Part shown: positions 1 to 8,538 of the stretch, one piece after another
Numbering within the stretch: the stretch's first letter is position 1
How the letters are laid out: each line of letters opens with the position of its first letter
Virus record (IMG/VR): IMGVR_UViG_2675903408_000004
Coordinates: 1 to 64,000 of that record
DNA from: an uncultured virus (IMG/VR IMGVR_UViG_2675903408_000004)
Taxonomy: Duplodnaviria; Heunggongvirae; Uroviricota; Caudoviricetes
Strand: one strand, 5' to 3'
Length of the DNA: 64,000 bases
Notes under the pieces: model-generated
Database searches by the model: none
Seen by the model: the letters and a program-made list of their open reading frames with translations, nothing else
Told to the model about the DNA's origin: nothing
Made by a program: the position numbers and the translations under genes

Positions 1-333
1 ATGCTTAGGGATCGAGGAACAATCAAATGGACATCAATGATGCTTCCAGAACATTTAACACAGCTTAAACAAGATTTGATTGATGTATCAAAAATTGAAA
101 AGCCATCTTTAGATGGCCAACAAATTGAAGAGATGGATCTTCTCGTCTCTGAGGCACTTGAATTTAATAAAGAGTTGAAATTCAAACTCTTTAGCAATGG
201 ATTCGTTGAAAATGTCACCGGCAGAGTACATTACATTAATTTTGAACAACAAAAGCTTCACGTAAAAGACCAGAATGACAATACAGTTTATATCAAGATG
301 AATAACATCATAGGAGTTACATACAATGATTGA
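1..333 (+). CDS. yolD: YolD-family protein (UmuD-like partner of Y-family polymerase)
   Basis: Starts MLRDRGTIKWTSMMLPEH, typical of YolD; overlaps uvrX start. Confidence 0.9.
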   Translation: MLRDRGTIKWTSMMLPEHLTQLKQDLIDVSKIEKPSLDGQQIEEMDLLVSEALEFNKELKFKLFSNGFVENVTGRVHYINFEQQKLHVKDQNDNTVYIKMNNIIGVTYND

Positions 334-1576
334 TTACTCACAATTTCCACGTAAGAATATACTTTGTGTCGATATGAAATCCTTTTATGCTTCTGTATCG
401 GCTGTAACAATGGGGCTTAATCCTTTAACATGTTATCTTGCTGTTGTAGGAAATACGGAGAGACAGGGAAGTGTAGTGTTAGCTGCATCTCCTGCACTTA
501 AAAAAGATTTTGGAATTAAGACAGGATCGAGACTGTTTGAGATACCTGAAGATCCAAGAATACACATTGTAAATCCGCAAATGAAGCTTTTCATCAGAGT
601 TTCGACTGAGATTACAAAGCTGTTTTACAGATTTGTTCCTGAAAAATGTGTTCATACGTATTCAATTGATGAATCTTTTTTAGATGCAGGAAAAGAAGAT
701 CCTGAAGAAATGGCCAAAGCAATTCAAAGCAGTATGTGGAGAGAATTTGGTTTGATGTGTACAGTAGGCATCGGGGACAATATGTTGCTTAGTAAGCTTG
801 CTCTTGACCTGGAGAGTAAGAAAACAAAGAGTGGTATTGCACGTTGGAGATATGAAGATGTGCCAAATAAACTCTGGAAGGTTCGACCTTTGTCTAAAAT
901 GTGGGGGATAGGAGGGAGGATGGAAAGAAACCTAAATCGGATGGGAATATCGACTATAGGTCAGTTAGCCAAATTTCCATTAGAGCTACTTGAGAAGAAA
1001 TTTGGAATAATGGGAAACCAGTTGTACTACCATGCTCATGGAATTGATTTATCTGAAATAGGAGCTCCACTGATGCAAGGGCAGATTAGTTTTGGTAAGA
1101 GTCAGATTTTACTGAGGGATTATACAAGGAGAGAAGAGATTAAGGCTGTTCTGTTAGAGATTTGTGAGGAAGTCGCAAGAAGGGCGCGTACACATAATAA
1201 AGTTGGTCGAACAATAAGCCTGGGAATTGGATACAGCAAGGATGAGCTTGGTGGTGGATTTCATCGATCCAAAACAATCAATCTTCCCACAAATATCACG
1301 ATGGACATTTATAGATGCTGCCTGATGCTCTTTCATAAGTTTTACTCGGGTAAAACAGTGAGAAGTATCTCAGTTACGTTATCAAATATTGAGGATGATG
1401 TTAATCAGCAGTTGAGTTTATTTGAAGTGGATAATGAAAAGAGAAGGAAACTCGGGTTTGTAATGGACGGGATTAGAAGCAAATACGGATCGAAAGCGAT
1501 TCTGAGAGCAGTTTCTTATACACCTGCTGGTACTGCGCTTCACAGAGCAGGGCTTACTGGTGGACATAAATCATGA
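326..1576 (+). CDS. uvrX: Y-family (UmuC/DinB-like) lesion-bypass DNA polymerase UvrX
   Basis: CVDMKSFYAS and YSIDESFLD catalytic motifs; 416 aa; follows yolD. Confidence 0.95.
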   Translation: MIDYSQFPRKNILCVDMKSFYASVSAVTMGLNPLTCYLAVVGNTERQGSVVLAASPALKKDFGIKTGSRLFEIPEDPRIHIVNPQMKLFIRVSTEITKLFYRFVPEKCVHTYSIDESFLDAGKEDPEEMAKAIQSSMWREFGLMCTVGIGDNMLLSKLALDLESKKTKSGIARWRYEDVPNKLWKVRPLSKMWGIGGRMERNLNRMGISTIGQLAKFPLELLEKKFGIMGNQLYYHAHGIDLSEIGAPLMQGQISFGKSQILLRDYTRREEIKAVLLEICEEVARRARTHNKVGRTISLGIGYSKDELGGGFHRSKTINLPTNITMDIYRCCLMLFHKFYSGKTVRSISVTLSNIEDDVNQQLSLFEVDNEKRRKLGFVMDGIRSKYGSKAILRAVSYTPAGTALHRAGLTGGHKS

Positions 1577-1606
1577 GAATAGAGGGAAGCTCCCTCCATT
1601 CTCCTT
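1575..1606. terminator. Hairpin between convergent uvrX and phr, probable terminator
   Basis: GAGAATAGAGGGA / TCCCTCCATTCTC inverted repeat. Confidence 0.6.
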
Positions 1607-1622
1607 ACTTAGTTATTAGTTT

Positions 1623-1742
1623 TTACGTTTCGGCTCTTTCAGCAACTTTGAGCGTATCGTTTTGTTGTTGGAGATAGGAAGCACCCACTGTTCCGGCAAC
1701 ACCGAATAATAGAACTGCGCAGATAATTAGTTTTGTTTTCAT
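1623..1742 (-). CDS. Phr-type secreted signalling pro-peptide (39 aa), predicted mature peptide ERAET or AERAET
   Basis: Not in ORF track; manual translation MKTKLIICAVLLFGVAGTVGASYLQQQNDTLKVAERAET; signal peptide; ATGA overlap with rap stop. Confidence 0.85.
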   Translation of the reverse strand: MKTKLIICAVLLFGVAGTVGASYLQQQNDTLKVAERAET

Positions 1743-2899
1743 ATTGCTTCTCCCCTTTTAATTTGTCTTCTTGCTTCATTTGCCAAACGATAAAATTCAA
1801 TTGCACCCCAAGCTTCTTTTTTTGCTGTGAGAAAATCAGCTATGACAACTCCATAGCTTTCCATATCAGGGTACATACCTCTTTCTCTGAAGAACTGAAA
1901 TGCTTCTCTTACTAAATTTAAATCCGAGTCCAAGAAAAGACCTTTAACCATTTTCAGCTTTTCAATAACTACTTCATTGTTGTACTGTTCTGCTATCTGC
2001 TTTGATTGTTCATAAAACGCTTGAGCATTTTTAGTATCGTTTTGCCTTCCTTTTAAGAAGGAGATAACAAACAATGTTTTAGCTGCATAATCATGGTTTT
2101 CTGGCTCAATGATTTGGAGCGACTTATTAAAGTGAAAAAATGCTTTATCAAGTTCTTCCATTTGATTATAACATAATCCAATATTAAACAGTGCTGAACG
2201 TATTAAATGTCCACGATTCTTCTCATTTTTATTCAGCTCTTCTGCTTCTTGGTAAGCTTTATATGCTCTTTTTAACGCCTCATCAAACTTCATGCTGTCC
2301 AGCAAATTGCCAAATATGACGAATTGACAGCGTACTTTTTGTACCCCGTATGTAGAGTTTCCATCAACATCAGGTTGCTTTTTAAAAATATTATAGGCTC
2401 TCATGGCATAATTCATTGAAAAATAAGTTTGTTTCATGTGGTAATACACTTCTGATAATTTAAAATAAAATTCAGCTTTTTCAACTTCAATATCTTCGCT
2501 ATCGATGGAGTCCAAATGTTTCTCTGCTTGTCTATAGTGATTAAGGGAGAACGTCAACTCTTTTTGTCTAAAATAGAACATGCCCATGAAAAAATAATAG
2601 TAATATTCGAGCATTCCTGTTAAGTTTTCATGACCTGCATACTCTTTTAACTCACCATAATTTTTCTCAATGTCCTTTATGGCGTTAGGGTACATATACG
2701 ATAGCATTAATTTATGTCTAAATTCGAGTAGAGAGTAGTATAGCAAGACATCTTGATTCTCTTCCATAATCTTTATTTCTTGCATAACTTCTTTTCGCAT
2801 TTCCTCTGCTCTACCGACCCAATTCTTTTTAATTGCCACATACCAATGATTCATTTTTGTCGCTACCAAGTCATAGGGAATGACTTTTTCAGTCTTCAA
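1739..2899 (-). CDS. Rap-family TPR regulator (response-regulator aspartate phosphatase)
   Basis: Rap N-terminus (IPYDLVATKMNHWYVAIK...MEENQDVLLYYSLLEFRH), TPR repeats, 386 aa, coupled phr. Confidence 0.92.
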   Translation of the reverse strand: MKTEKVIPYDLVATKMNHWYVAIKKNWVGRAEEMRKEVMQEIKIMEENQDVLLYYSLLEFRHKLMLSYMYPNAIKDIEKNYGELKEYAGHENLTGMLEYYYYFFMGMFYFRQKELTFSLNHYRQAEKHLDSIDSEDIEVEKAEFYFKLSEVYYHMKQTYFSMNYAMRAYNIFKKQPDVDGNSTYGVQKVRCQFVIFGNLLDSMKFDEALKRAYKAYQEAEELNKNEKNRGHLIRSALFNIGLCYNQMEELDKAFFHFNKSLQIIEPENHDYAAKTLFVISFLKGRQNDTKNAQAFYEQSKQIAEQYNNEVVIEKLKMVKGLFLDSDLNLVREAFQFFRERGMYPDMESYGVVIADFLTAKKEAWGAIEFYRLANEARRQIKRGEAI

Positions 2900-3016
2900 G
2901 TTTCAAACCCCTTTCTGTCCTTTTTGTTATATAGTTGCACTGGAGGAAAGAAATGTAAAGAGATTTGTATGAAAATTACAAATAAATTGATTATAAGCGT
3001 AAAAGTTGAAAAAACG

Positions 3017-3049
3017 AAAAAAATACCCTCCTCAATTAAGAGAAGGGTA
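3017..3049 (-). terminator. Intrinsic terminator after lysis genes
   Basis: TACCCT/AGGGTA stem followed on the minus strand by a T-run. Confidence 0.55.
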
Positions 3050-3054
3050 GGGGG

Positions 3055-3306
3055 TTATCTCGGTGAATCATAATCCATTGCTTGTTCACTATCAGAAATA
3101 CCTTGAGTTGTTGGGTCAACAATGATGCCCATTGCAGTTAAAAAAGTTAGAAGTGCATTAAATTTCTCTGTCAAATTGTCACCAAATACCGTCAAGTCGT
3201 ATCCAAATGCAGAGGCAATTGCTTGCACGAATAAAAGCGTTGCAGAGAAAATTGCAACAAGAAATGTCTTCTTTTTCAGTCTTACTTTCCAGTTGATTTT
3301 AGTCAT
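3055..3306 (-). CDS. bhlB: Holin (phi LC3 / BhlB-like)
   Basis: INWKVRLKKKTF start, two TM segments, GIIVDPTT motif; lysis cassette. Confidence 0.8.
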   Translation of the reverse strand: MTKINWKVRLKKKTFLVAIFSATLLFVQAIASAFGYDLTVFGDNLTEKFNALLTFLTAMGIIVDPTTQGISDSEQAMDYDSPR

Positions 3307-3326
3307 TTAATCGTCTCCTGTTGATT

Positions 3327-3719
3327 TTATTTAAGGCCAAAATGTATGAGCAACCATGCACCGACAATAGTTGCAATCACACTTGGTAGCACCTTGAATA
3401 CAAGGTCTTTAGTAAACTGTGAGGGATCAATTTTTCGAGTGGAATCAGAGCGTTCTAGTATTTCAACTCGATTGTCCAGTTTTTCATACGATTTGCTTAG
3501 ATTTTTTAAACTGTTACTCATTTCGTTAAGAGTACTAAACTGTTCTCTTGATTGTGCTTGAGAGTCTTTGTTAATTTCGACTTGTTGCTCAACAAGTGTA
3601 GCTATACGACCGATAACATTTGTTCTTTCTTCAAGAGAGTCAATCTTGTTATTGGTGTGTTTTGCTTTTTCTTCTAGTGCACTTAATCTTGAAATGGTGC
3701 TTTGCTCAAAGTTATCCAT
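3327..3719 (-). CDS. Coiled-coil protein with C-terminal TM helix, probable lysis accessory (XhlA/BhlA-like role)
   Basis: Heptad-rich body with hydrophobic C-terminus; lies between endolysin and holin. Confidence 0.6.
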   Translation of the reverse strand: MDNFEQSTISRLSALEEKAKHTNNKIDSLEERTNVIGRIATLVEQQVEINKDSQAQSREQFSTLNEMSNSLKNLSKSYEKLDNRVEILERSDSTRKIDPSQFTKDLVFKVLPSVIATIVGAWLLIHFGLK

Positions 3720-3834
3720 TTGTCACCAACCTTTAATGAATATAGGAAGGTGACTTTACATCACCTCCTAAATTAAGAGGATATTCGCTGATATGAATAG
3801 AGCAGCAAATATCCTCCGAGATTATTGAATATAA

Positions 3835-4938
3835 TTAAATTCTTGAACCGAATTGCCCTGAGATGTATCCACGTTTACCGTTATAAATAACTTCCCAGTA
3901 ACCTTTTGAATTGTTTTTACCTTTAACTGAACCAGAAATTGAAATAGTGCTTCCAAGCTTAACTGTGCCAATATTTTTAGAACTATTTCGATCAGGTTTG
4001 TCCATTACGATTGCTGCGCTTGATACACCGACAATTTTGATTTTTCCCACGGATTTAATAGATGAGGAGCTTGAAGAAGTTGATGTTGTTTTTGGGGCAT
4101 AGGAAGAAGTTTTAATTGTTCCTGTAACATCAACATATTTGTCAGAAGCAGTGATGTAATATGTAGCACCTTTAGAGTTCTTAACTTTATATTGATACGC
4201 ATATCCGACTTTAACTTTCTCAACAACTGTAGGAAATCCAATGCCTTTATTTACTGTGCCGACAACATCTTTATCTTCCCAAGATGGTTTTGAATAGAAG
4301 CGAAGACCGTCAACTTTTGATTTTAGTGAACCACTTACTGCTGATGAAGAGGAAGGGGAGGAGGTTGTTGGTTTAGTTGGAGAAGCTTTTGAAACAGATT
4401 TGCCTGACATTTTTGCCTTTACTCGATTTTTAAAGTCTACAAATTTTTGGCCGTTAGATACCCATGGTGCAGGGCAATTCTTATGAGTGATGTCATAATG
4501 ACGAACAACATCAACAATAGGATCTAAACCAAACTTAATACATAATTCAACGAATACATCCTCAGTTCTTTCAACTGTATCTGAATGGAATGAACCGTCT
4601 TTTTCAAGGCACATTTCAACTCCAATAGATAAAAAGTTAGCGTTAGGTTTTAGCGCAGCAACTCCTCGATAAGGATTTCCGGCACTATCTCTTTGCTGAA
4701 TATCATTTGCATGGTAAGCTACTTCATTTAACGGAATGATACAAATTGCTTCAGCCTTATCTACGAAAATGTGAGCTGATGCATAAACTTGTGCATTGCT
4801 GAAGTATCTGCGATGATTGTCTGCGCCGGCGCCCGGATTGGCTGTATAATGAACAACTAATTTCTTAACACCATTTAACTTTAAACCAGGTCGAGTATAC
4901 TTGTTTACCGGAATATAATTATTTGTATAAGCTGACAT
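3835..4938 (-). CDS. blyA: N-acetylmuramoyl-L-alanine amidase endolysin
   Basis: Amidase_2 motifs (VVHYTAN, SAH, IGVE, RHYDITHKNCP), Ser-rich linkers, SH3-like C-terminal domains; 367 aa. Confidence 0.92.
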   Translation of the reverse strand: MSAYTNNYIPVNKYTRPGLKLNGVKKLVVHYTANPGAGADNHRRYFSNAQVYASAHIFVDKAEAICIIPLNEVAYHANDIQQRDSAGNPYRGVAALKPNANFLSIGVEMCLEKDGSFHSDTVERTEDVFVELCIKFGLDPIVDVVRHYDITHKNCPAPWVSNGQKFVDFKNRVKAKMSGKSVSKASPTKPTTSSPSSSSAVSGSLKSKVDGLRFYSKPSWEDKDVVGTVNKGIGFPTVVEKVKVGYAYQYKVKNSKGATYYITASDKYVDVTGTIKTSSYAPKTTSTSSSSSSIKSVGKIKIVGVSSAAIVMDKPDRNSSKNIGTVKLGSTISISGSVKGKNNSKGYWEVIYNGKRGYISGQFGSRI

Positions 4939-5104
4939 AAAACATCTCTCCTAAAATTAAATTGAACACAAAAAAGAGAGAAGGGGACTAACCCAATCTC
5001 TCTTTATCTCACGTATGCTCTTGCTATCTCTGTCTTTCAAGTATGTATTTTGAATAAAATCTATATTTTATCTAGAACATAACCACCCCCTTAATTTTAA
5101 CGAA

Positions 5105-7660
5105 TTAGATTGTAGGGGTGATAAGACACAGTGCTACACCATATCCTCGTTCTTGTGAATACGGTGTTGTGATGCGCATTACATAGTAACCTGAACCATC
5201 CTCAGATTTTGACCCTTTACCGGCTTTAGGAATTATACAATCACCAGCTGCAACAGTCCCATCAATACGTACAAATATCTGACCAAACATTCCTACGATA
5301 TTCCATTCAGGACGATCAGACCGAGCAATATAATCTTCAGAAGGTTCATAATAAGGATTTTCTTTCGGAACTGTTTTAGTTTCGATTCTTTGTGTACCGT
5401 CTTCATTTGTAACTGTTACATCAATATCTTCGTAAATCAAACCGCCAAATTCGTTCTTCAAATAACGGCCTTGCCAGTTAAATGCTGCTTCGCCTAAAAC
5501 TACACCAGCTGTTTCAGAAATCACTCCTAAAACTTTATCTCCTGCGTTCGCTTTTCTGATTTTGTCCCCTTCTAGAGTTACAAAATAACCAGAAGGGATT
5601 GCTTTACCATCAATCGATTCAAAATACTCGGCGTAATCTGAGAATGTTGAGGCACCTTTAACTTGACCGGTAAGATTAATATTCCCATTCTTTGCATCTA
5701 ATTGAATCTTTGTATTTGCTGTAGAGGGTGCACCTGTAGCAGCATATCCTAAAGCAACTGTGTAACCTGTTTTATTGGCAACACCTTGGGAAGCTATGAC
5801 CATCCTAGATGATCCAGTGCCTTCAATAGAAGAGTTATTTGAAGCGGCAACCATTGAACGACTGCCTTCAGATGTGGTTTTAGAACCGCCAGATGAAGCG
5901 ATTACTACGTTACGAGGGCCATCGGCTTTAGATCCACCAGTTGTTGCTATAACAGCAGAAGCAGTACCCGTTGCTTGTCCACCACCAGAAGAAGCAGCTA
6001 CAAGACTAGTATTTTTAGCAGCGTAGCCAGAAGTTGTCGCAATCCTTGTGCCACCTTTAATATTTTTTGGTACAAAGGATGTATAGGCTTTTCCGGCAAT
6101 CTTCGAGGGGATAGCGTATTTATCACAATTGACTGCGTTAATGTCAACTTGAGAATTTGTACAATACAAGCCAATAGACCCTTCTTTGCTGTAACCAATT
6201 AAACTTGCTTGATTTACACTAGCGTTCTTAATAGCACTGCCAATTCTGATGCCAATTAATGCAGATTCAAGAACATTTATATTTGATAAGGACACAAAGT
6301 CAGATTTTTGACTTCCTCCATAAATATAAATATCTGCTCCAGCTGTTTTAAATCCAGATGAAGAAACATTATTAAAAGTAATGTTCCTGCTTTTATATTG
6401 AGTTGCAATAGCTGGATTACCTTTATAGTCATAAGAAGGGTCACCAATAGCTGTGAAATTAGAAATGTTAACATTCTTGTAAGCAGAAATAACCAAAGCT
6501 CTTGGTGTCATTCCAGCGTATAACCTATCGTTGAAAATTGGTTTTATTGCTGTGCAGTTAGAAGCCATAATATTTCTTGCAGTTTTAGATTCTGGGTCAC
6601 TAGCTTTATGGAATCCAATGTGTCTAAAATCAAAACTTCGAATATCATTTTCAGATACACAATTTAAAAAGGTGACATTCTGTGCTGCTGGTGCATGTTC
6701 ATGAGCCTTAGCTTCAAATCCTCGGCAGTTATTCTTACTGACACAGTTGATCAGCCAAACTTTCATTGAACCATCATCAATTTCAAATCCATTTGTGTTG
6801 CTGGCACCTGATGTATGAGCTGATCCGTTTCCATCATATGAATAACAATTTGTTATAAAAACATACTCTGAGAAGTGGGTTGTGAAACCATCGTCGCCAA
6901 AGTTCGTTGCTGTACAATTATTAATCCAAACGTATTTACTTCCACCTGGTTGATAAACATCTTCTGTATCTGTAAGGGAGTTATAAGAAGGAGAGGTTAC
7001 ATCAAACCCGTGTAATCCTGCATCTTTGGCATGAACATTATTTACCCATACAAATTGTGAATTGGTAATGTTTAAGCAACTTGAGTTGGGGCCAGAGGAA
7101 ATGCTGTTGTTAGTCTTCTGAAGGTTCCAGTCAAGCAAGAGGTTTTCAAAAATAATGTACTTTGAATTTTGAACAGTTGTGATGACGTGACTGTATGCGG
7201 GGGCATCTTTATGAAGTTTAATAACTGAGAGTTTACCTGTTCCATATAATCTAGTGTAGGATGGGACTTTCAAGCCTTTAACCATGTATGTTCCGGCTGG
7301 CACAAATACTTCTGCATTTCCCATTTCAAAAGCTTTGTTAAAGGCTGCAGTGTCATCAGTCACACCATCGCCTTTAGCTCCAAAATCCGTAACGCTAACT
7401 CTACGCTGAATTAATGCATTTAATATCTTCTCAACAAGGTTTGTACCCGTAATATGAAAATCATCTATGTTCCCAATTTGATTTGATAGCCCATCAACTT
7501 TCTCAGTGACGCTACTTGAAACACTGCTTACTTGTTTTAAGATATCCTCGAAAGTCTGCTTAATCGAGGGTGCAGTGTAAGAAACGCCATCTGATTTAAG
7601 TAATTCAATCGACATGGGAACATAGGAACCGGTATTTTTATCATAATATTTAAATCCCAT
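5105..7660 (-). CDS. Tailspike / pre-neck appendage-like receptor-binding protein (beta-helix plus C-terminal peptidase G2 chaperone)
   Basis: VTDFGAKGDGVTDDTAAF pectate-lyase-3 start; SDYAEYFES autocleavage motif as in phi29 gp12; occupies the yomE position. Confidence 0.8.
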   Translation of the reverse strand: MGFKYYDKNTGSYVPMSIELLKSDGVSYTAPSIKQTFEDILKQVSSVSSSVTEKVDGLSNQIGNIDDFHITGTNLVEKILNALIQRRVSVTDFGAKGDGVTDDTAAFNKAFEMGNAEVFVPAGTYMVKGLKVPSYTRLYGTGKLSVIKLHKDAPAYSHVITTVQNSKYIIFENLLLDWNLQKTNNSISSGPNSSCLNITNSQFVWVNNVHAKDAGLHGFDVTSPSYNSLTDTEDVYQPGGSKYVWINNCTATNFGDDGFTTHFSEYVFITNCYSYDGNGSAHTSGASNTNGFEIDDGSMKVWLINCVSKNNCRGFEAKAHEHAPAAQNVTFLNCVSENDIRSFDFRHIGFHKASDPESKTARNIMASNCTAIKPIFNDRLYAGMTPRALVISAYKNVNISNFTAIGDPSYDYKGNPAIATQYKSRNITFNNVSSSGFKTAGADIYIYGGSQKSDFVSLSNINVLESALIGIRIGSAIKNASVNQASLIGYSKEGSIGLYCTNSQVDINAVNCDKYAIPSKIAGKAYTSFVPKNIKGGTRIATTSGYAAKNTSLVAASSGGGQATGTASAVIATTGGSKADGPRNVVIASSGGSKTTSEGSRSMVAASNNSSIEGTGSSRMVIASQGVANKTGYTVALGYAATGAPSTANTKIQLDAKNGNINLTGQVKGASTFSDYAEYFESIDGKAIPSGYFVTLEGDKIRKANAGDKVLGVISETAGVVLGEAAFNWQGRYLKNEFGGLIYEDIDVTVTNEDGTQRIETKTVPKENPYYEPSEDYIARSDRPEWNIVGMFGQIFVRIDGTVAAGDCIIPKAGKGSKSEDGSGYYVMRITTPYSQERGYGVALCLITPTI

Positions 7661-7702
7661 CTAATTCCTCCAAGTTAAAAAAGAGACTAGTAGATTCTCC
7701 TT

Positions 7703-8524
7703 CTAATCAATTTCATACCAAACCATACCTGATTCAGGTGCAACATTTGATATGATTACTCTTTGTTTTTCAGGTACCAAGCCTTCATCTTGATACCATA
7801 TATAATTTGTACTAAACGGTTCGACAGCACTTAATAAAATATTGAAACCTTCATATACTTCTGAAGTACCAATGTCTACCCAGTCAAACCCATCCCACCT
7901 ATAGACTGTTTTTGTTTCTTTAACTGCAACAGTCCAGCCAATAAGTGGGTTTGGATACGTTGTAATAATATCGGCGTATGTATAAACTGAAGGCTTATAA
8001 ATTTTTCTTGTGTTTTCAACAACATATTCATAATCGGATGTAGCTTCTCTGCACCATTTAGTTATTTCAATACATCGCTTTGTAACACGTTCACATTCAG
8101 CAATCCGTTCATTCATTCGAATTATTGCATCTTCAGCTTCATCAATAAGCCCTTGTAGAGTTTCAATTACCATATTCCCTTGACGCTTTATCCAAATTCG
8201 AGAGGCGGGAAAGAAGGATGCTCCTTCGCCACTGTAATTGAAGGTAAGTGATTTTCCTTCGTTTGAAGCATTAAAAAAGACAACTCCCATAAGGTAATCA
8301 ACCTTAAAATAGTTGTCGTCAAGTTCTCCATCTTCAATCTCTCGCCATTCCTTATTGTCCCCAGTAACTTCAACACGAAATTCTCTGTTCGGAATCTCAG
8401 TTAGGAGTGCTCTTCCATTAAATATTGTCAATGTTTCATTGTAAGTTAGGTACGGGTCTTCAACTGAACCTATTCTCTTTTTACTTAGTATCGGGTCATT
8501 GTATAATTCAGCAAAATCCGCCAG
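7703..8524 (-). CDS. yomF: Tail/baseplate protein YomF-like
   Basis: Synteny; SD GGAGGTGA points to a CTG start at 8524 (273 aa). Confidence 0.75.
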   Translation of the reverse strand: MADFAELYNDPILSKKRIGSVEDPYLTYNETLTIFNGRALLTEIPNREFRVEVTGDNKEWREIEDGELDDNYFKVDYLMGVVFFNASNEGKSLTFNYSGEGASFFPASRIWIKRQGNMVIETLQGLIDEAEDAIIRMNERIAECERVTKRCIEITKWCREATSDYEYVVENTRKIYKPSVYTYADIITTYPNPLIGWTVAVKETKTVYRWDGFDWVDIGTSEVYEGFNILLSAVEPFSTNYIWYQDEGLVPEKQRVIISNVAPESGMVWYEID

Positions 8525-8538
8525 TTTAATCACCTCCG

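Noticed and set aside
2753..3073. 106-aa plus-strand ORF across the rap start
   Set aside because: Overlaps rap and its promoter region on the opposite strand; no SD or recognisable motif.
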